Shown: piece after piece, positions 1 through 8,215 of the stretch | How the letters are laid out: every line of letters starts with the position of its first letter | How positions within the stretch are numbered: the stretch's first letter is position 1 | Source: Candidatus Brocadia sp. | Lineage (GTDB): Bacteria; Planctomycetota; Brocadiia; Brocadiales; Brocadiaceae | Assembly: GCA_021650915.1 (NCBI GenBank) | Contig: CP091279.1 | Span: 3,030,001-3,062,000, forward strand | Length of the DNA stretch: 32,000 nt | Direction: 5' to 3' | Position numbers and translations under genes: made by a program | The notes under the pieces: model-generated | Told to the model about the DNA's origin: nothing | What the model saw: the letters and a program-made list of their open reading frames with translations, nothing else | Databases searched by the model: none

Positions 1-1172
1 AATTTCGCGTACGAAGCGTGGAGAGTATCGTGGCGGAGATGAAGGACCTTTACTTTCATCACGATGTCAGGATCTTTAATTTTCAGGATGACAACTTCTT
101 TCTCCCAAAACCGGAACATGCGCTCCGCCGTTTCGAGGAGCTGAGAGATGGATTGAAACATGAGGGAATCGAAGGGATTGCTATTGCTGTGAAGGCGCGG
201 CCCGATAGCATTACCTATGACTCGATCCGGGTGCTGGATGGGCTGGGGCTGTTTCGCGTATTCCTGGGAGTAGAGAATGCGCATGAGAACGGTTTACGCA
301 ACTTGAACCGGAAATGTACCCTTGACCAGATCCTGAATGCACTGCGCATCCTCAATGACTTTGATGTGCATCTTGCCTATAATTTACTCATGTTCGAACC
401 CGACACCGTTTTAGATGATATCCTGGTCAACTTACGCTTTATCGAACGGCATATCGAGAATCCCTTTAATTTTTGCCGCGCAGAGGCTTATCCCGGCACC
501 GGGCTGGAAGTGAAACTCCGGGCCGAAGGCAGGCTGCTTGGTGATTATTTTGGATTCGATTACCGACTGAAAGACCCGCGATCCGAGGCGTTTCACCAAA
601 TCGCTAATTACGCATTCTTTGACCGTAATTTCAGTGATTTCGGGCTGCACTACTTCAATATGCAGGTGGATTTCTATTACCAACTGCTGCGTCGGTTCCA
701 TCCTGAAGTGCTGATGCAGACACTCCGTGCGGCTGTGCGTAATTTCATCAAACAGACCAACCTGGACACGTATGAGTGCCTTTGCCAAATCTATGATTTT
801 GTGGCAACGGCAGATGCGAATGACCACGTCATGGTCCGTGGTTTTGCACGAGAGATGAGAGAACGCGTTGATGAAAGGAGCAGGGGCTTGCATTCCCAGG
901 GTGAGCGTATCCTGCGCTGGTTGAGCGACAGGTATGATCGTCGCGGCAAGGATGTCGGAGTGAAAAGATTTATGTCAAATACCGGGGCGTTGTCCTTCCT
1001 GAACTGCAAACCGATGCCATATTCCAGCCGGGACAGTTTGGAAAAACTGGAATTTGTGACGTCAAAGGCTGAATGGATGGATGAGGCAGACCTGCTGGGC
1101 GTAGCGTCTTCGCCCATCCCTTACAACATATTTAAGAACCGATTTGCTGAACAAAAAGAAGAGAGGAGGTAA
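1..1172 (+). CDS. Radical SAM enzyme, C-terminal ~390 aa (5'-truncated by window edge); resembles the B12-binding-domain (class B) subgroup
   Basis: The reading frame is open to nt 3 (FRVRSVESIVAEM...), so the GTG at 18 is only the first start-like codon. It shows the motif series typical downstream of the radical-SAM Cys triad: RS-x-E-x-V-x-E, IFNFQDDNF, GLFRVFLGVENAHENGLRNLNRK, NLLMFEPDT. The CxxxCxxC triad would lie upstream and is not visible. There is no Cys-rich SPASM-like tail. Confidence 0.6.
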   Translation, partial: FRVRSVESIVAEMKDLYFHHDVRIFNFQDDNFFLPKPEHALRRFEELRDGLKHEGIEGIAIAVKARPDSITYDSIRVLDGLGLFRVFLGVENAHENGLRNLNRKCTLDQILNALRILNDFDVHLAYNLLMFEPDTVLDDILVNLRFIERHIENPFNFCRAEAYPGTGLEVKLRAEGRLLGDYFGFDYRLKDPRSEAFHQIANYAFFDRNFSDFGLHYFNMQVDFYYQLLRRFHPEVLMQTLRAAVRNFIKQTNLDTYECLCQIYDFVATADANDHVMVRGFAREMRERVDERSRGLHSQGERILRWLSDRYDRRGKDVGVKRFMSNTGALSFLNCKPMPYSSRDSLEKLEFVTSKAEWMDEADLLGVASSPIPYNIFKNRFAEQKEERR

Positions 1173-1292
1173 AAAACTTGCAAAAGAAGACGCTTTTGCA
1201 GGTTCCTGCGAAAAACCAGAATCTTATAGTGAAAACGGGGGAAGACAGGTTTCCCTCACCTTTTACCTTACGCCATCATAAGGAGGTGCAAT

Positions 1293-2003
1293 ATGGACGG
1301 AAAGACTTTTGCTCGTATACGTGATTGGGTGGAACCGGCGCATCCGGCGGTCGTAAAATTGTATGATGATCTGATCGATATCTATACCCGGATTCGTGAG
1401 AGATATCAGAAGGAAATAGATAATGCATTTGACAGGATATCACGGCAGATTGGGTTTGTGGTAACTACCACGGTGCCGGTCGTGTTCGAAATAGGAGACA
1501 AGGGTGAATTTAAGCGTATGGGCATGGGGGCGGAGCATCTCAAAGATACGCTTTTTGATAAGGAGCTATCTAAAGTATTTGGACCACATCCAGACCCGTG
1601 GAAGGTCGCAGCGGGGAAATACAATCTGTACTTAGTCTGGTTCGATGCACTCCATTTGAAGCTACGGACGGACTGGATGGAGCCTGCGCATTTTTTCAGG
1701 GAAAGGTTTGCGGCGGACATTGCATCAGGACCCATGGCCGGGATCAGCAGTAGGGCATTAAAACAGGGGTGGGAATGGCAGGAACCAGCGCACTGGTTTG
1801 ACCCGGGAATAGCCATTGCGGTAGAAGAGTTGGTGCTGATCGAGGCGATCGACCGGGTATATCCCGAGCTGCGTCTTGTGGATCGGGTGGCCTTTGTCCG
1901 GGATGCCCTCCGGAAGCGAGTAAGGCCTGAAGTGATGGAACCGGCGCATTTCCACCGAGTTGAGAAAGGGATATGTCCGGAAGGTACTGAGGGGAACCGC
2001 TAA
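1293..2003 (+). CDS. Hypothetical protein with four W/V-x-E-P-A-H repeats (function unknown)
   Basis: AGGAGG at 1281-1286 lies 6 nt before the ATG. The ORF encodes 236 aa. EPAH codons occur at 1332-1343, 1680-1691, 1782-1793 and 1938-1949. I recognise no family. Confidence 0.7.
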   Translation: MDGKTFARIRDWVEPAHPAVVKLYDDLIDIYTRIRERYQKEIDNAFDRISRQIGFVVTTTVPVVFEIGDKGEFKRMGMGAEHLKDTLFDKELSKVFGPHPDPWKVAAGKYNLYLVWFDALHLKLRTDWMEPAHFFRERFAADIASGPMAGISSRALKQGWEWQEPAHWFDPGIAIAVEELVLIEAIDRVYPELRLVDRVAFVRDALRKRVRPEVMEPAHFHRVEKGICPEGTEGNR

Positions 2004-2047
2004 GCTCACGTCAGGGATCGATGAACACAAAACAAGGAGGGAGAGAT

Positions 2048-4417
2048 ATGGGGAATGAAGAAAAGAAACAATCGGAGGAGAAGAGGGAGTCTCTTGATCA
2101 AAAAGAAATTCACAGCGAAGATTTTCAGTATGTCTTGAAAGAATTGCTCAACGCGTATCAGCCCCTTCTGGAAGAGGAACTGAATCGGGCTAAAAATCCC
2201 GAGCAATTAAAAAAGGAAGCGGAAGGAAGACCGCCAAACTGCGACGATGAGATCGCATTGGCTAACCGGATCTTTGGAAAATTCTTTACCGGGGAAGTAG
2301 CCATACGGCTGCTTCCGGCAGAGGGCCGGGAGCTGATGGGGCCAATTGACCGGTGGCGCTGGTGCTATTTGCATATCCGTTGCTGCATTATTTTTGGATG
2401 GCTGGTTTGCCGTGCTCCCCGGACCTTTCGGGCGTTTGTCTATTATCTGTATCATTATTGGCGTTGTATTCGCCAGATGCTGAATACGCCGGTTCACAGC
2501 CCGCTCACTCCGGAAGAGCGGCAGGATTTTCAAACGCTGGTCCAGGCGCTGGCCGGCGCTTACAAGCCATACCTGACCGACCAGCTGGCCACCGTTGAAT
2601 TCCCGGTTGGTATACCGGATGAGGTGCTGAGCGGAAAGATTGACTGTTTCGAGGGCGAGATGGAAACGGCCGCGGTCTTCGAACAGTTTCTGACCGTTGA
2701 GGCTGCGCAGGCGCTTCTTGGGAAAGAGGCTTTTGCCGTCCACAGCAAAGAGACGTTTTTCTGGTTTTGTCGTTGCTGGTGCCTGTGTGCGATCCGTTTC
2801 GGCTGCTGCCTGGCGCACGCACACAATTTTGTCGACAGGCTGTACTGTTTATATTATTTCCGCCAGTGTCTTCGTGAGTGCTTTCGTCCCCTGACCTGTA
2901 ATCTGACCAATCCGCACGATTGTGTCGAGGAGCAGGAGATCGTGGTAGCAAACATCTTGCGCGGTGTTGAAATCAGAGGCACTGCCACCGGCGCCTTTTG
3001 TAGTCATTACACCATCGAGTGGAGACAAGGAGGCATCGGCCCCTGGCAGAACAATGGTGTTCACTATCCGGGCGGTGCGGCACAAGGCACCTGTGGCGTA
3101 GTTAATGGCACACTGGGCTACTTGGCAACTTTTCCGTTTGTCGCGCCCGGCCTGGTGGAGATTCGCGTATGCGTCTTCTCTACGCAAGGTGGAGTACCCC
3201 AGTGCTGCACGATTCAGTTTGAGCTCCAGCGCAATCTGGTGTGGATCAGAGGAATCGAAAGTCCCGAGGCAGAGGACCCGCCAGGACTCTTTGATCCTAC
3301 GGCCCAGTTGGTTGATGGAGCAGGTGTTGTTCGATCCTTTGGAACGGCACTGCGGGTCTACGGCAGCGCTTCTGTGGGCGGGTGCGTGGGCAGGGAGATC
3401 AAGCGATACACGCTGAGCTATCACTCGGGTTTTGTGGTGAATCCTCTCCTTCCCGGCTTCATCCAGTTCTGGCAAGTTGATTATAACACCCCACTCCAAA
3501 TCGATGCGGGACTCAACCGAATCTTTGAGGATGTACTGACCAGCAGGTGGAGAGAATGGCATTGGCCACCAGGCCTGTGCGCTCCCATTTCCAACTGGCT
3601 ACAGGATGCATACTGGTCGACGCAGGTGCCTCAATCCTTCCCCATCGTTCCGTCAGAACCGCCGTGCCCTGCGCCTGCAATGTGGAACTCAACACCACTG
3701 CCCCTGATTAACTGCCAAAGCGGAAGATATACGCTACGCCTCACGGTAGAGGACACGGCCAGTGGCATCAAGCACGACCTGCAACAGGTGTGGTTCGACA
3801 ACAAGGATATCCATGGCAAGATCATGCAGATCTTTCCGGTGCCGCCGTGCGCCACGATCAACCTCAGCCAGTTTGCGGCAGTGGGCGGTAATTGCACTGT
3901 GCCATGGCCGGCTCAGCTTCACGGTATCGCATACGATGAATACATCGAAGAGGGAAACTTAGCGCCGCCCAGTGATAACTATGCTGGGTATCAGCTCTGG
4001 ATCAAGAAAGACGGTGGCCCCTGGTTCCCCATTACCATCCCTGGTCCGGTAGCGCCAGGATCGCCGCCAGCGCCTCCATGGGGACCTCCGTTCATGGGCA
4101 CTTCCCGCGTGGGCGAACCAGGCGTGCGCTGCGCTAATGCCAGTCCTCCGCCGGGCGTCATCCCTCCTTTAACACCCGGCATCCTGGCTATCCTTGACCT
4201 GAGAAGACTGGACGCTGTGTGCAATCCCGCTGAACCGGCTTTGACGCTGGACCGGGCGCATATCGATGCCAACGGGAACGAAGTGCCAGGCGAGTGCTGC
4301 GGATACATCATCTGGCTACGGGTCCGTGACACGACCATTTGTCCCAGCCTCTCGCCAGGCTGTCATCAGGTCGATGACTTTTTCCCATTTTGCATCTGTA
4401 ACGATCTAAGGAGATAG
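2048..4417 (+). CDS. Large Cys/Trp/Pro-rich hypothetical protein (~789 aa) with a duplicated N-terminal module and a beta-rich C-terminal region
   Basis: The ORF runs 2021-4417. AAGGAGG at 2034-2040 lies 7 nt before the ATG at 2048, so I prefer 2048 as the start (2021 is the alternative). The frame is long and uninterrupted. I count 37 Cys in the 2021 ORF translation. The N-terminus is charged (MGNEEKKQSEEKRES) and has no signal peptide. Confidence 0.75.
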   Translation: MGNEEKKQSEEKRESLDQKEIHSEDFQYVLKELLNAYQPLLEEELNRAKNPEQLKKEAEGRPPNCDDEIALANRIFGKFFTGEVAIRLLPAEGRELMGPIDRWRWCYLHIRCCIIFGWLVCRAPRTFRAFVYYLYHYWRCIRQMLNTPVHSPLTPEERQDFQTLVQALAGAYKPYLTDQLATVEFPVGIPDEVLSGKIDCFEGEMETAAVFEQFLTVEAAQALLGKEAFAVHSKETFFWFCRCWCLCAIRFGCCLAHAHNFVDRLYCLYYFRQCLRECFRPLTCNLTNPHDCVEEQEIVVANILRGVEIRGTATGAFCSHYTIEWRQGGIGPWQNNGVHYPGGAAQGTCGVVNGTLGYLATFPFVAPGLVEIRVCVFSTQGGVPQCCTIQFELQRNLVWIRGIESPEAEDPPGLFDPTAQLVDGAGVVRSFGTALRVYGSASVGGCVGREIKRYTLSYHSGFVVNPLLPGFIQFWQVDYNTPLQIDAGLNRIFEDVLTSRWREWHWPPGLCAPISNWLQDAYWSTQVPQSFPIVPSEPPCPAPAMWNSTPLPLINCQSGRYTLRLTVEDTASGIKHDLQQVWFDNKDIHGKIMQIFPVPPCATINLSQFAAVGGNCTVPWPAQLHGIAYDEYIEEGNLAPPSDNYAGYQLWIKKDGGPWFPITIPGPVAPGSPPAPPWGPPFMGTSRVGEPGVRCANASPPPGVIPPLTPGILAILDLRRLDAVCNPAEPALTLDRAHIDANGNEVPGECCGYIIWLRVRDTTICPSLSPGCHQVDDFFPFCICNDLRR

Positions 4418-4441
4418 ATGTCAACCACGACGATCAAACGT

Positions 4442-4473
4442 CCAGGGCTTGGTCATTTTAGACCAAGCCCTGG
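4442..4473 (+). other. Perfect 13-bp stem / 6-nt loop hairpin between cassette genes
   Basis: CCAGGGCTTGGTC (4442-4454), ATTTTA loop, GACCAAGCCCTGG (4461-4473). No U-tract follows, so it is not a canonical intrinsic terminator. It may be an intercistronic RNA stability or processing element. Confidence 0.6.
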
Positions 4474-4514
4474 GTGTGAATGCCGTATTTGCTTGACAGG
4501 TGAGGCACAAAGGG

Positions 4515-4937
4515 ATGATAAGTGAGTTGGGTTTCTGGCCAAGGTTCGTTCTGGCCGTTCTCGCGACCTGGCGAATTACCCATTTGCTGGCGCGCGAGGA
4601 CGGCCCGGGTGGCCTTATTGCGCGTTTCCGGGCGCGTTTGGGCAGTGGACTTGCCGGGAAACTCATGGATTGCTTTCAGTGCCTCAGCTTTTGGATTGCA
4701 GCGCCAATGGCTTTCTTTGTATGCAGGAAGCCGCTGGATATGTTGTTTACCTGGCTGGCGCTGTCCGGCGCAGCTTGTCTCCTGGAACGAGTGGGCAGCG
4801 AGCCGGTGGTCATCCAACCAATTTCTCAGGAAAAGAAAGGAGGTTTTGACAATGGGATGTTGTGGTCAGAAGCGAGAGACACTCAGGAGCACGTTAACCC
4901 AGAAGACGATGCCACCCGGCACACAACCCGGATCTGA
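4515..4937 (+). CDS. DUF1360-type small membrane protein
   Basis: The WRITHLLAREDGP ... CFQCLSFWIA pattern (W-R-h-T-x-L ... C-x-x-C-x-S-x-W) plus hydrophobic segments matches what I recall of Pfam DUF1360. The start is either ATG 4515 or GTG 4500. Confidence 0.6.
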   Translation: MISELGFWPRFVLAVLATWRITHLLAREDGPGGLIARFRARLGSGLAGKLMDCFQCLSFWIAAPMAFFVCRKPLDMLFTWLALSGAACLLERVGSEPVVIQPISQEKKGGFDNGMLWSEARDTQEHVNPEDDATRHTTRI

Positions 4938-5160
4938 GAGTAGTCCGCCTCCCGCTGTCGGCAGGCAGGCGCAAGGGCGACCGGTGATCGCAACCTCTTC
5001 CTCTGCAGTAATTCTTCACTATTTGGAAAGATCGCACATTCTCGTGCGGGGGCCGGCGACAGGACGACAATATGAGTTTTCAGGTTCGTATCCGCATCAG
5101 TCAGTAGATGTGCGTGATGCAGAAGCTCTCTTGCGCACCCGTTTCTTTCGTAAGGCGTGA
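4852..5160 (+). CDS. Hypothetical 102-aa protein (MGCCGQKR... N-terminus, Pro/Ser-rich linker, conserved-looking C-terminal ~45 aa)
   Basis: GAAAGGAGG at 4835-4843 lies 8 nt before the ATG at 4852. The ORF extends 223 nt past the DUF1360 stop and overlaps the DUF1360 gene by 86 nt in another frame. The upstream part of ORF 4522-5160 is treated as a GC-driven open frame. Confidence 0.5.
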   Translation: MGCCGQKRETLRSTLTQKTMPPGTQPGSESSPPPAVGRQAQGRPVIATSSSAVILHYLERSHILVRGPATGRQYEFSGSYPHQSVDVRDAEALLRTRFFRKA

Positions 5161-5387
5161 TCCGGAACATGGTGAAATCGGTAGTCCTGGTTTTCTTCCC
5201 GTTTTAAAAAACCCCTCACGGGTAGTGCAGGAGCGGCTGCTATAATTTGGTAGAAAGACATTCATATCCAGTCAAGCAAACGCTTCGTTCCTCCTTTTTT
5301 CTACCCACCAGGTGACGTGTCCCCTGCACGCCTTACGTACCTGCATAAGGCCAGAATTTAGCCCATCCTAAAAATCTTGGTCATTAG

Positions 5388-5416
5388 TTGACTTTTTCCT
5401 TCTAAAGTGATATATA
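5388..5416 (+). promoter_or_regulatory. Sigma70-like promoter candidate for the SNF2 gene
   Basis: TTGACT (5388-5393), a 17-nt spacer, then TATATA (5411-5416), about 64 nt upstream of the ATG at 5480. Confidence 0.45.
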
Positions 5417-5479
5417 TCTTGTATATTAATTTTCACTTCCATATCGTGACACAATATCCATTCCCAGGAGTATGAACGT

Positions 5480-8215
5480 ATGAGCAATACCATCTTAGAC
5501 TCTATTACACCCGAATATGTCAGATCCATTAGCAACAATGATGTCTATAATCGTGGTTTCTCCTATTATAGGAGCGGATGTGTTCGTCACGTGAAATACG
5601 ACGGTGTACTGCTAAAGGCAGAAGTTAAAGGCAACGAATCGGCGTCATACAGTGTGTTTATTCTTGCCGATGGAAATGAGATATTTGAGATGGATTGTGA
5701 ATGTTTTTATGCCTCGGATGGTGAGATCTGTAAACACATTGTTGCTACGCTCTTGAAGTGGATTGAGCAGAGAAAAAAAACACAGGACAAAAGGCAGCTG
5801 TCTCTGCGGCAAAAAACGTTTTTTGATCAGGACGATATTTTTCCACAAATCGGTCCCTTTTCTTCTTACCAGCCTGGTCCTGCGGATATTTTGAGCGAAA
5901 TCTTTTCTGACTTTGGTCATTTCAACATCAAGGTGGACTTGCTCAACGGCGGGCCACAACTCGAACTCAAACTGGTTTCTGGTCAATGCAGCGAGACCGT
6001 GCTTCACATCTCAGCCGAAAAAAGCCCGCATGTTTTTGAAAAATTAACGAGATTTCCCGGTAACACGGTAGAATTGTCCGAGAAGGCGCGAAAGGTCAAG
6101 CTTTATAAGAATCCACTCGTCCCCTATCTCCATGCGGATATAAACACAGAAGGACATATAGAATTATCACCTGTCCTGAAACCGAAGAGTTCCGGCAAAA
6201 AAGAGGGGCAAGCCGTCCGGTGGGAGCAATTGGATGGGAACAGGATCGGTGAACAGTGGGTGTGGCAGAACAATTCCTACAGACCCATCGAGTCCATTCC
6301 TTACCCGTTGAAACCCTATTTCAATAAACAAAAACCGCTGGTTTATAAAGAAAAGGCCGCGATTGACTTCCTTAAACTCGACCTTGAACCATTACTCAAT
6401 GATGCTTCCTTTCAACCTTCAGAACAGTTACAATGCGTAAAGGTTCATGTCAAGCCGGATGTTTCCCATGTGCAGGTGGAGTCCTGCGATAATGACTGGC
6501 TATGGTTAGACCCTACCTATACTGTCGGACGGCATACTATCACCCTTTCCGATATCCTGTCATGCATTGATAAAAGCCACTGCATGAGAAAGGGCTCAGA
6601 TTATATAGAAATTCCCAAAGATATCATGGAACTCTGGCAGCGCGGAAACGGCGTCATTGAAAACGGGCGGATCAAGATGCCTAAATTAGGTTACCTGCGC
6701 ACCCGTGCCGAATGCGACAAGAAGGCGAAGGTAACGGCATGTCATGAGACGCAGAAATTTTTGGCAAACTTTGACCGTATCACACCGCCGCAACCGGCGC
6801 CCGCTGTTTCTTCCTACAAAGGAGAGTTGCGCGTCTATCAGCAATCGGGCTATGACTGGCTCTGGTTCCTGCATACCAACAATTTTAACGGCATCCTGGC
6901 GGATGAGATGGGATTGGGCAAGACGCATCAGGCAATGATGATCATCCTCTCTGCCTTGCAAAACGAGCCGAACGTGCCGAACCTGGTCGTTTGCCCCACC
7001 TCGGTGCTGGATCACTGGAAATCAAAGTTCCAGACCTATGCTCCTGAATTGCAGGTAGCCCTCTTTTATGGAAAAGAGAGAAACACCCTCCTTTCATGCA
7101 ACACGCCCTCCGTGGTATTAACCACTTACAGCATCCTTTCCCGCGATGCGGAAGTCCTGAACAAGGTTTCCTGGAACTACATTGTGCTGGACGAGGCGCA
7201 AAAGATCAAGAATCACAAGACACAGATGTGCAAGGCAACCAAGTTTCTTAACTCAAGGCGCCGCCTGGCGCTGACCGGCACACCGATTGAAAACCGGCTG
7301 ACGGAATTGTGGTCGATCTTTGACTTCCTCATGCCTGGCTATCTGGGAAGCGTGGATGATTTCAGGAAACGATACGAGAACCCGATCACGAAATACCAGG
7401 ACAATGAAAAACGCGAGATATTAAAGAAGATCATTCATCCCTTTAAATTAAGGCGGCTCAAGAAGGATGTGCTCACGGAGCTGCCGCCAAAGACCGAAGA
7501 AAAGCGGTATTGCACGCTGGCGCCGGCTCAGGTTGTCATGTATAAAGACATCATTAGTGAACGGGGAAGCAAACTCATTGCAAAGTTAAAGGACGAAAGC
7601 CAGCCGGTGGAATACATCCACATCTTTGCCTTACTTACCAAACTGAAACGGCTCTGCGACCATCCCAAACTGGTGCTGAACGGAAATTCCCCCAAAGAGG
7701 CGACCTCGGGCAAATTCGAGCTGTTCAAGGAGATCATGGAAGAGACCCTGGAGTCGGGAGAAAAGGTTGTGGTCTTTTCTCAGTATCTGGAGATGCTGGA
7801 CATCATTGGCGACTGGCTGAATGGCATCGATGTCAGATACGAGACCTTGCGCGGGAGCACAACAAATCGCGGCAAGGTTGTCGAGAGATTTCAGAATGAT
7901 CCTGATTGCAACGTCTTTCTAGGGAGTCTGATGGCAGGCGGTTTGGGCATCGACCTGACCTCTGCCTCGGTGGTCATCCACTATGATCGTTGGTGGAACG
8001 CCGCGCGGGAAGACCAGGCCACGGACCGCGTCCACCGTATCGGCCAGACCCGAGGAGTCCAGGTCTTCAAGCTCATCACCAGAGGCACCCTGGAAGAAAA
8101 GATCGACGCCATGATCACCACCAAGGCCACCCTCATGAATTCCGTCGTGGAGTCAGACGATGCCGTGTTCAAGACGTTTTCGAGGAAGGAACTGATTGAG
8201 TTGTTGACGTTTTGA
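5480..8215 (+). CDS. SNF2-family DEAD/H helicase-like ATPase with N-terminal SWIM zinc finger
   Basis: The SWIM CxC...CxH motif is CECFYASDGEICKH (nt 5696-5737). The SNF2 motifs are ADEMGLGKT (around 6899-6928), DEAQ (7190-7201), LTGTPIEN and QATDRVHRIGQ. AGGAG lies upstream of the ATG. Confidence 0.9.
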   Translation: MSNTILDSITPEYVRSISNNDVYNRGFSYYRSGCVRHVKYDGVLLKAEVKGNESASYSVFILADGNEIFEMDCECFYASDGEICKHIVATLLKWIEQRKKTQDKRQLSLRQKTFFDQDDIFPQIGPFSSYQPGPADILSEIFSDFGHFNIKVDLLNGGPQLELKLVSGQCSETVLHISAEKSPHVFEKLTRFPGNTVELSEKARKVKLYKNPLVPYLHADINTEGHIELSPVLKPKSSGKKEGQAVRWEQLDGNRIGEQWVWQNNSYRPIESIPYPLKPYFNKQKPLVYKEKAAIDFLKLDLEPLLNDASFQPSEQLQCVKVHVKPDVSHVQVESCDNDWLWLDPTYTVGRHTITLSDILSCIDKSHCMRKGSDYIEIPKDIMELWQRGNGVIENGRIKMPKLGYLRTRAECDKKAKVTACHETQKFLANFDRITPPQPAPAVSSYKGELRVYQQSGYDWLWFLHTNNFNGILADEMGLGKTHQAMMIILSALQNEPNVPNLVVCPTSVLDHWKSKFQTYAPELQVALFYGKERNTLLSCNTPSVVLTTYSILSRDAEVLNKVSWNYIVLDEAQKIKNHKTQMCKATKFLNSRRRLALTGTPIENRLTELWSIFDFLMPGYLGSVDDFRKRYENPITKYQDNEKREILKKIIHPFKLRRLKKDVLTELPPKTEEKRYCTLAPAQVVMYKDIISERGSKLIAKLKDESQPVEYIHIFALLTKLKRLCDHPKLVLNGNSPKEATSGKFELFKEIMEETLESGEKVVVFSQYLEMLDIIGDWLNGIDVRYETLRGSTTNRGKVVERFQNDPDCNVFLGSLMAGGLGIDLTSASVVIHYDRWWNAAREDQATDRVHRIGQTRGVQVFKLITRGTLEEKIDAMITTKATLMNSVVESDDAVFKTFSRKELIELLTF

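Noticed and set aside
2207-3562. Long minus-strand ORFs (2207-2824, 2505-2951, 2849-3562, and also 3991-4338) antisense to the 789-aa gene
   Set aside because: They lie wholly inside a longer plus-strand ORF that has a strong SD. They have low-complexity Arg/Pro/Ala-rich translations typical of stop-poor antisense frames in GC-rich DNA, and none has an RBS.
2048-4417. Possible multihaem cytochrome or classical Fe-S protein, because of the 37 Cys
   Set aside because: There is no CxxCH motif anywhere and no CxxCxxCxxxC spacing. The Cys appear as CxCxCxC, CC and isolated residues, so neither call is supported.
4522-4851. N-terminal 110 codons of the 212-aa ORF 4522-5160
   Set aside because: This part runs out of frame through the DUF1360-like gene, which has the recognisable family motif, and it has no SD. 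Only the part from the SD-preceded ATG at 4852 is kept as a candidate gene.
5169-5207. 12-codon hydrophobic mini-ORF (MVKSVVLVFFPF) just after the cassette
   Set aside because: It has no SD and is too short to separate from chance.
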